Source of the DNA: Candidatus Thorarchaeota archaeon
GTDB taxonomy: Archaea > Asgardarchaeota > Thorarchaeia > Thorarchaeales > Thorarchaeaceae
Length of the DNA stretch: 32,799 nt
Assembly: GCA_018238825.1 (NCBI GenBank)
Contig: JABCSP010000003.1
Span: 1-32,799 of the forward strand
Reading direction: 5' to 3'
Shown one piece after another: positions 27,001-32,799 of the stretch. Position 1 is the first letter of the stretch; each line of letters starts with the position of its first letter. The notes beneath the pieces were generated by a model. That model did no database searches, had not been told where the DNA came from, and was given only the letters and a program-made list of their open reading frames with translations. A program made the translations under genes and the position numbers.

Positions 27001-27781
27001 ATATTGGCACGCAGCGAAACGCCGGAACTGCGATGGTGACGAAGACGCACTCATTCTGGTTCTTGATGCACTGTTGAATTTTTCAAAGAGTTATCTTCCT
27101 GCTGGTCGAGGAGGTCTAATGGATGCGCCTCTAGTTCTCTCAGTTATTCTTAATCCTACTGAAGTAGATGATGAGAGTCACAATATGGAGGTCTGTAGAC
27201 GATATCCTGCTCAATTCTATGAGATGGTATCAGAAGCAAGGCATCCAAGAGATGTAGAGAGTCTTGTTGATATCATATCATCTCGTCTGAATACTTCTGC
27301 ACAATACGAAGGATTTGGCTTTACGCACAACACGACATCTTTTGATATTGGACCTAAGAATTCTAGATACAAGATTTTAGAAACTATGAACGACAAACTT
27401 GAGGCTCAGCTGCGTCTTGCTACCTTGATTAAAGCTGTAGATTCACAGGATGTTGCTCAACGTGTTCTCTCAACCCATTTCTTCCGTGATATACGTGGGA
27501 ATTTACGAGCTTATTCTACACAAAAGATTCGATGTCTTAAATGCAATACTACATACCGAAGGGTACCTATCTCAGGTCAATGTAGTGAATGTGGTGAATC
27601 GAGATTATCTCTTACAGTGAGGCAGAAGAATATCTCAAAATATCTTCGTGTGACTGAGAAAATCATACGTGATCACGGTCTTGATCAATATATGCAGGAA
27701 CGATTGAAACTGATTACCGCATCACTAGATTCTTTGTTTGTATCTGAACAGACATCTCTCACAGACTTTTTTGAAACCTAA
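24029..27781 (+). CDS. polC: DNA polymerase D large subunit DP2, intein-free, with extra zinc ribbons
   Basis: AGPIRAAGGT, GGFRLRYGRSRNTG, GARMGRPEK, catalytic AAKRRNCDGDED, C-terminal CLKC..CSEC. Confidence 0.97.
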   Translation: MTKSEHELPPHSIAYSLYFESLNEEIGRIYAIAELARMKGYDPTTRVEIPPAHDVAARVEATLEGPKGVAKRIRELQKEMQKEQVAFEVAKEIAEGTLGGITDIEKAAEKAVRVALAILTESITAAPLEGIARVRIRGSDENRYLALYLAGPIRAAGGTEAAMTVLVADYVRQVLKLPAFKSSEAETERALEEVELYARNVHLQYPVHPELVKFAAARLPIMLTGDPTEEFEVSGSRNLDRIETNRVRGGAVLVLSDGVVGRAAKLAKIVNDANIKGWDWLDEVASKMSKDSTQEEDSADKKLEPKDDYLADVIGGRPVFSHPQRLGGFRLRYGRSRNTGLAGVGVHPATMYILEEFLATGTHIRTERPGKGSIVAPVDTIEGPIVLMKDGSVVRFVGLDDARGFEGKIEQVLFVGDILVALGEFIENNHPLVPSGYCEEWWSHDLEHAISKLSATQLTSRLKGSDLTPKTFNAIIESPLTIIPTPPQAVHLSKKLKIPLHPYYLYRWAALTIDEVRNLREWMLAKHRISKKDDGHIVLPFVRKYKTMLENMGIPHKFSENRKKLVLTDDPVTILAQLGPDTKSPKGKNTLAMLNSVSDVILQDKVGFAIGARMGRPEKAQERRMKPPVQSLFPVGRSKGSERRIDEVAKSVQYISTLEPDCKCFECGIETFESKCSQCGAQTTKIRKCPKCEIKTFESECPTCRVSTEIVRDHECIECEIETSESECPTCGAYTTKIPDVSGVEVELVARKCPGCELKTFESKCPQCGTHTEIELWCGEEGCGLAIDPAKGMCPVSHDPNKIRKTRKVPVDLKALLERVKDEVGEFETHGVRGVLGLTSDYKIPEYLGKGILRAKYDVYCYRDGTARFDATDAPLTHFTPKEIGVPVNRLRDLGYLIDYDGAPLVSEDQVVELKVQDLVVPENCADYLLRVGRFVDDCLEKMYNLPRYYNFNAQEDVIGQLVIGLAPHTSAGIIGRIVGFTNASVCYAHPYWHAAKRRNCDGDEDALILVLDALLNFSKSYLPAGRGGLMDAPLVLSVILNPTEVDDESHNMEVCRRYPAQFYEMVSEARHPRDVESLVDIISSRLNTSAQYEGFGFTHNTTSFDIGPKNSRYKILETMNDKLEAQLRLATLIKAVDSQDVAQRVLSTHFFRDIRGNLRAYSTQKIRCLKCNTTYRRVPISGQCSECGESRLSLTVRQKNISKYLRVTEKIIRDHGLDQYMQERLKLITASLDSLFVSEQTSLTDFFET
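26015..26350 (+). repeat. Four tandem ~24-aa CxxC-x(9)-CxxC repeats in DP2
   Basis: KCFECGIETFESKCSQCGAQTTKI / RKCPKCEIKTFESECPTCRVSTEI / ECIECEIETSESECPTCGAYTTKI / RKCPGCELKTFESKCPQCGTHTEI; similarity also visible at DNA level. Confidence 0.9.
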
Positions 27782-28635
27782 TCCGTTTGAACATCAAGTG
27801 CAAGTTTTAGCAGATTTCGATCTTCGATCATACCAATTAGATTACCAGCTGCAGAAAGGACTGGAGCTTGATCAATGTCTTCATTTCGAATAGTTTTTAC
27901 ACATTCCGAGATTGTTGTGAGTTCGTTCAAATTGATTATATTCTTCGTCATCGCTTCTGAAACTGGAATATTTGGAAGTTTGAGAAGCTTTTTCGTTACA
28001 ACAAGGAAATCTTTCGATGTCCAACCCCATTCAACCGTACTATCTTGACCACTGAATGTTGTTGAAATATTATCTTCAACAGTCACCTCGGAAAGACGAA
28101 TATAATCACTGACTGTGATCATTCCTGACACTCCCCCACCTTCATTGATTAGAACAAGGGCATTCTTCCCAGCCATGTCCATTACCATATAGGTCAGAGG
28201 TAGTGGTGTCTGTTCCCAAACCGCTGTTATCTCTCTAGTGACAAAGTCGATAACCTCTTTTGAACCAACTTTTTCATCATTCTCTAATGTTGCTCCTAGA
28301 ATGTCTGGAATTGAAATCAGACCAACAAGATTACCTTTCTCAACAACAGGGAGCCTTCTGTAGTTCTTTTCCAGCATGAGTTTAGTAGCTGTTTTAAGTT
28401 CAGTTCTAGGAGTAACAGTACCAGGATCTCTATTCATCAGCATTGCAAGCTGATTTTCATCTGCTTTTCTAAGAAGATCTGTTCTAGTTACAATACCAAC
28501 CAAGGTCTTTGAACCTTTTTTCACAACTGGAACACCATTGACTTGTTTCTCTGCCATAATTTGAAGAACATCTTCTCTGGTTCCAGGCACTGAAACGTAA
28601 ATCACGTCCGATTGCATACAATCTTTGACCATCAT
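27778..28635 (-). CDS. Four-CBS-domain protein
   Basis: VKDCM, GVPVV, RRLPVV, GLISIPDI, PVSEAM, APVL..LIGMI. Confidence 0.88.
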   Translation of the reverse strand: MMVKDCMQSDVIYVSVPGTREDVLQIMAEKQVNGVPVVKKGSKTLVGIVTRTDLLRKADENQLAMLMNRDPGTVTPRTELKTATKLMLEKNYRRLPVVEKGNLVGLISIPDILGATLENDEKVGSKEVIDFVTREITAVWEQTPLPLTYMVMDMAGKNALVLINEGGGVSGMITVSDYIRLSEVTVEDNISTTFSGQDSTVEWGWTSKDFLVVTKKLLKLPNIPVSEAMTKNIINLNELTTISECVKTIRNEDIDQAPVLSAAGNLIGMIEDRNLLKLALDVQTD

Positions 28636-28815
28636 TGTCAGAATTACTCCGGTTCGATAATAACTCGATAGTATTTACAGTTCACTCACATAGAGTTACA
28701 GTCTATTCAGTGAAACTGCATCTACAGACTTGACTCTTTACATACCTTTTATGTTTAGCGTTCATTCTAAATTAGATAAAATTTGAACAGGAATGAAATT
28801 GGAGTATAATCTTAT

Positions 28816-29391
28816 TCACCATGGGTTTTTCTTGATCCCAAGAAGATACCCTACCACATTACTAATCCAATGGATACCAAGTGTCATTAAAACTAGAATA
28901 GCAATGAAGATGGACCCTGGTTGAATTATAGGATACGCAAAAATCAATGCCATGATTATAAACCCAAGCTGGTCCATAAAGGGCGAGGAATCCCCACTCT
29001 TGACATTGACTCGCCTTTTTATGAACGATCCAACGAGGTCACCAGTGAGAGCTCCGACAGACATCAGGACTGCAACTGGAACTTGTGTATAGAGAACCAA
29101 TTCCATTGCAGGCGTTACAGTGACGAACTGTGCCAGTATAGGATGCAAATATGGAGATGCAAACATCTGCCCAATTCCAACTAAGATACCAAAGATAATT
29201 CCAACAATGAAACCGCGAATCGTTTTTCCATCACCCAGTATTCTACGACCATCACTATAGAATCGCCCTCCATCAATAGGTTTTCCACCTCCACCTAGGA
29301 CTGGTGTTGAATTTGCAATCCATGCTGGAAGTCCAAACCATACTGCCAATTCTAAAAGGGCAAGTTCTTCATACATCTGGTGTGGCTCCAT
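28816..29391 (-). CDS. carS: CDP-archaeol synthase (DUF46)
   Basis: PAWIANSTPV, PIDGG, ILGDGKTIRG, GDLVGSFIKRR, DQLGF, GIKKNPW. Confidence 0.92.
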   Translation of the reverse strand: MEPHQMYEELALLELAVWFGLPAWIANSTPVLGGGGKPIDGGRFYSDGRRILGDGKTIRGFIVGIIFGILVGIGQMFASPYLHPILAQFVTVTPAMELVLYTQVPVAVLMSVGALTGDLVGSFIKRRVNVKSGDSSPFMDQLGFIIMALIFAYPIIQPGSIFIAILVLMTLGIHWISNVVGYLLGIKKNPW

Positions 29392-29414
29392 GTCTGCGGT
29401 TTATCAAGTCAATT

Positions 29415-30104
29415 TCACTCTTTCTTATTGGTATGTTCAACCGAGAAGCCAGATTCTGTAAGGAAAAGTCGACCCTCTGACACATCACCTTCAGGTACAA
29501 GTCTTCTCAATAATCGTTCTCCTGAGGATTTTCCTACATTCATCTTAATCACATAATCTGACCAATAATCCAAGATATTACCAGCTACTGGCTCGAAGTC
29601 ATCTAATCCCTTTAGTTTGGATGTGACCTGATTTAGTATAATTACAGCAATATCGTTATGTCTAGCTAATCCCTTTAAAACACCAGCCTGTCGATTGAGT
29701 TCACGATGATTAGCAAAGTTTGTTTTCTTGTCCTCAAGCGCCAATCTGTAATGCTTTGTAAGAGTATCAATAACAACTAATCGTGTTCCCTTACGGATAT
29801 ACAAATTCAAGTCATCAATTAGTACGCCCTGCTCACTAAATCCCTTTGGCACGAAAATCTTGACCAGAGTTTCAAGATCACTGAATGGTTTTCCAGTCAT
29901 CTGCTCCAGACGTTCAACAGGGGATGTTGTTTCTGAATTAATGTAGATGGTGCCCATTCCTTGTCTATACATTGCCCTTACAAATTGTAATCCAAAAGTA
30001 GTCTTTCCTGCTGCTGCTTCACCATACACATGAGTGAAGATCCCAGTATTCAGACCACCATTCATTATTCGATCCAGAAGGGAAACGCCTGACGGAAGAA
30101 TCAA
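29415..30104 (-). CDS. radB: RadB-like recombination protein
   Basis: LDRIMNGGL, YGEAAAGKTT, VVIDT, LNQV, PVAGNILDYWS; lacks the N-terminal HhH domain. Confidence 0.8.
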   Translation of the reverse strand: MILPSGVSLLDRIMNGGLNTGIFTHVYGEAAAGKTTFGLQFVRAMYRQGMGTIYINSETTSPVERLEQMTGKPFSDLETLVKIFVPKGFSEQGVLIDDLNLYIRKGTRLVVIDTLTKHYRLALEDKKTNFANHRELNRQAGVLKGLARHNDIAVIILNQVTSKLKGLDDFEPVAGNILDYWSDYVIKMNVGKSSGERLLRRLVPEGDVSEGRLFLTESGFSVEHTNKKE

Positions 30105-30401
30105 AAATGCCTCACTATCTGTTTATCATAACCTCTCAGTGATAAGCATATCTAGACACCAACTACACAAATGAATGTACAGTTTCGCTATTTTCAAGGA
30201 AAAATCGGTCTTTCCTGCAAAATGCGTCATTTTCAAAGTCAGAAGTTAACCATGGGCCTCGCTTATGCTCAAAATAGGAGGTCATAGTGCTATTTTGGCG
30301 TTTTGGTCTATCACACTCGTTGTCTTTCAAGAATATAGTCCTCATGTTGCACTTCTGCATATCTAGTAAATTATCTATACATTTGTTGCATAGAATATAG
30401 C

Positions 30402-31475
30402 ATGACAAGTTTAGATGCGGTCCCTGGCGTGGGACCAGCAATAGCGAAGAAACTTCACGCAGCCTTCATCTCCACTGCCGAGCTCCTCGCAGTTCAGCGG
30501 CCCCTTGAACTCAAGGCGCGGACTGAAATTGGGGAAGGAACTGCTAAGAAGATAATAAGAAATGCTCAAGAACAGGTAGGCAAGTACACCTTCAGGTCTG
30601 GCCTTGAGGTAGAACAAGAAGACCTGACCAAACCCATGCTCAGGACTGGGATAGAAGAACTGGACAAGAGTCTGATGGGTGGTCTTGAGATCGGCTCAAT
30701 CATCGAGTTCTATGGTAAGGCCTCAGGTGGAAAGACCCAGTGGTGCTACCACCTTGCAGTACGTTCACAGCTATCCCTTGAAGAAGGAGGTCTTGAGTGT
30801 GCGGTGCTCTGGCTTGACACAGAGAAAGCCTTCAAGGCTTCCATAGTTCGAGCCAACGCTGTAAGATGGGGTATGGACCCTGATATCGTGCTTGGTAACA
30901 TCCGCACAGTGGAGATCGTGAACACAGCTCACTTCATGACAATGTTTGAACGGATACCCCACATGTGTGCTCAGGAGAATGTCCAGCTTGTTGTGGTGGA
31001 CTCCTTGACAGGGCAGTATCGTCAGGAGTACATGGGAATAAGCAATCTGGGAACAAGGCAGCAAACCATCAACTCCATGCTCAATAAGATGCGCCGTGCA
31101 GCCAGTGCCACCGATGCCATCTTTCTGTATACTAACCAGGCCATCTCTAAGCCGGGAATGGGAACCTTTCAGCAGCTGAATGCTCCCATGGGAGGGCACA
31201 TTTTGTCTCATGCTTCTGACTACAGGTTCATGGTGTCAGAGGCTGAGGCTGGGCGCCGAAAGATAGTACTCAAGGACAATGCAGGTCTTCCTAATGTTGA
31301 GGTCAAGATGAGCATAGGCTGGGGTGGGTTCTATGAAGATGCTCATGCTTTGAAGCGGGAGGAACCCGCAGTCCGGGACTATCTCGCAGCTCATGGATAT
31401 AGCACCAGGGTTGACGAGCCGCTCAGGGAAGTGAAAGAGTCATCCGAACCTGAGGAAGTGAGCGAGAGTACATGA
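30402..31475 (+). CDS. Divergent full-length RadA/Rad51-like recombinase paralog
   Basis: N-terminal HhH (VPGVGPAIAKKL), Walker A GKASGGKT, DTE, Walker B VVVDS, YRQEY..RQQ (L1), TNQ, PMGGHILSHAS; acidic C-terminal tail. Confidence 0.85.
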   Translation: MTSLDAVPGVGPAIAKKLHAAFISTAELLAVQRPLELKARTEIGEGTAKKIIRNAQEQVGKYTFRSGLEVEQEDLTKPMLRTGIEELDKSLMGGLEIGSIIEFYGKASGGKTQWCYHLAVRSQLSLEEGGLECAVLWLDTEKAFKASIVRANAVRWGMDPDIVLGNIRTVEIVNTAHFMTMFERIPHMCAQENVQLVVVDSLTGQYRQEYMGISNLGTRQQTINSMLNKMRRAASATDAIFLYTNQAISKPGMGTFQQLNAPMGGHILSHASDYRFMVSEAEAGRRKIVLKDNAGLPNVEVKMSIGWGGFYEDAHALKREEPAVRDYLAAHGYSTRVDEPLREVKESSEPEEVSEST

Positions 31476-31894
31476 ATGAGGAAAAGTTCAGGGTCTACAG
31501 GTGCCAAGAGTGTGGGAATGTTGGCTTTGACAGGGTCACTGACAAGGGAAAAGATTCGCACTGTTCATTATGCAGTGCTATCATCTCCGATAGACCAGGT
31601 ATGATCTATGTATCCAGTGATAAAGAGGCTCGACGACATGCAGGGATCCTTGCTACCATGGCACAGACCTCTACATCCAAGGTCTCCATGGGTATCGGGC
31701 TCAGAAGAAGAGTCCTTGACATTGTGGAGAGTCTGGTGAACATGAACAGGGTGAAACCCATCACTCTGGAGCAGGTCCTGACCGAGTGTGTAGACGCAGG
31801 TATCCCACGAGAACGAGCTATGCATTTCCTTGATATATTGAGAGATGAGAACCTAATAACTCACGACAGTGAGTCTGTCATGTCGATTACGTAG
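31472..31894 (+). CDS. Zn-ribbon plus C-terminal winged-helix protein (DUF1922/DUF5817-like architecture)
   Basis: CQEC...CSLC; C-terminal LEQVLTECVDAGIPRERAMHFLDILRDENLI wHTH pattern; ATGA overlap with the RadA paralog. Confidence 0.7.
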   Translation: MNEEKFRVYRCQECGNVGFDRVTDKGKDSHCSLCSAIISDRPGMIYVSSDKEARRHAGILATMAQTSTSKVSMGIGLRRRVLDIVESLVNMNRVKPITLEQVLTECVDAGIPRERAMHFLDILRDENLITHDSESVMSIT

Positions 31895-32017
31895 TCTTCG
31901 ACCTATCAACTTGCTGAATCCGCCTTTCAATCCACTCAGCAGTTTCTTGGACAATGACCTCAAAACAGCTACTTCTTAGGCTATCAGACTTTGACTTGGT
32001 CTTTATTTGATAGCCTC

Positions 32018-32350
32018 TCAGCTTGATGCTTCATGCAGTTTCAAAGACGAAGCGCGCTTATTCTCAAAGAAGATTAGAATTACAAATACTACTAAATATG
32101 CTGCGATATTGGAAACTGAATGTTTCAAGAGGATCTCCTCTGCAGAACCTCCCGTATAGGTACAAAAACGAAAAACCACAAATAGAATTTGCCAAGCAAT
32201 GAAGGCTACAAAAATCTCACCTAATGTAAGAGTCAAGAAGCGAAGTCCTTTTTCCCCTCTTCTATATCCATAATAGATGACAATGCAGATTAAAACCACA
32301 ATTGCAATTACCACAAAGGGCCAGCTAATGAATACTCCAATTAATTGCAT
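32018..32350 (-). CDS. Hypothetical membrane protein (about 3 TM)
   Basis: Three hydrophobic stretches; AGGAAGG RBS; AT-rich. Confidence 0.55.
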   Translation of the reverse strand: MQLIGVFISWPFVVIAIVVLICIVIYYGYRRGEKGLRFLTLTLGEIFVAFIAWQILFVVFRFCTYTGGSAEEILLKHSVSNIAAYLVVFVILIFFENKRASSLKLHEASS

Positions 32351-32552
32351 TCTTCAACCTTCCTAAAGATTTAGTTAATCAATGTTCTTGATAACCTGAA
32401 TATATAATATAACTAATCAGTTTTTTGAATTTCATTACAATCTCCTTACCAACCAGGCCATCTATGCTGTGACCAATGATGTTCACAATACCATGGATAA
32501 TTCACTATGTTGAAATCTGCAGAGGCCATAGCACAATACCAATTTATGCAAT

Positions 32553-32799
32553 ATCTCTCAAAACGAGATGGCAGAGTGCAGACAGACCGCAGTCGCCCTC
32601 TATAAAAGTTATCTCAAACTAAGAAAGAAAAAAGGATGGAACACCTCACGCCCCACCTCAATCAATAGTAGTCGACGTATACCACGGTGGATATTCTCTC
32701 AGAGATTCAAGTTGAACGAAAAAGAAACTTCTGTTTCTCGATGGTGGCTTGATATCAGGGATTCTCTTGATTCTGTCAAGGAGGGAAGAGTGTATCATG
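32553..32799 (+). pseudogene. Open frame running off the window; possible 5'-truncated TnpB/Cas12f-like (IS200/IS605) fragment
   Basis: ISQNEMAECRQTAVALYKSYLKLRKKKGWNTSRP..RIPRWIFSQRFKL..RWWLDIRDS; in-frame TAG a few codons upstream; resemblance to TnpB REC/WED region is by eye only. Confidence 0.45.

Noticed and set aside
30181-30234. Three ANTTTC hexamers resembling the Sulfolobales DNA-damage-responsive element
   Set aside because: Very short motif in AT-rich DNA and far from the RadA-paralog start; chance occurrence is likely
30163-30441. 92-aa minus-strand ORF, and the 146-aa ORF at 30771-31211
   Set aside because: Antisense to the RadA paralog or spanning its promoter; no recognisable domains
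1-32799. CRISPR array, rRNA, integrase/att sites, selenoprotein UGA read-through
   Set aside because: None seen; genes ending in TGA have complete C-termini and no tRNA 3'-end duplication was noticed

Overview
Archaeal chromosomal segment, most likely from an Asgard archaeon, possibly Thorarchaeia. This assignment is an inference from the co-occurrence of PolD, Elf1, a stand-alone Arf/Rab-like small GTPase and an RPA1-type Zn-OB protein. Bases 1-30,100 are mostly housekeeping genes. They include pepF, aIF5B, ndk, the L7Ae-S28e-L24e and rpoD-L18e-L13-S9-rpoN-S2 operons, and lipid genes (egsA, carS, and an mvk-ubiD-acnX(L)-acnX(S) Aeropyrum-type mevalonate operon). Also present are an orphan C5-methyltransferase with a SPOUT-like partner, engB, elf1, sufS, RPA, PolD DP2 and radB. 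Reading the DNA directly shows elements missing from the ORF track: a tRNA-Ser(GCU) gene with two BHB introns (37/38 and T-loop 59/60), the SRP RNA, an intron-containing tRNA-Pro(CGG) with A37, a k-turn over the rpl7ae ribosome-binding site, a multi-stem leader in front of rpoD, and a 40-aa membrane microprotein. From about 30,150 to the end the window looks accessory: a GC-richer divergent RadA/Rad51-like paralog coupled to a Zn-ribbon+wHTH gene, a small membrane protein, and a possible 5'-truncated TnpB-like remnant. The best novelty candidates are the RadA-paralog/Zn-wHTH module, the tandem Zn-ribbon expansion in DP2, the rpoD leader RNA and the two-intron tRNA. All family calls are motif recognition by eye; no searches were run.
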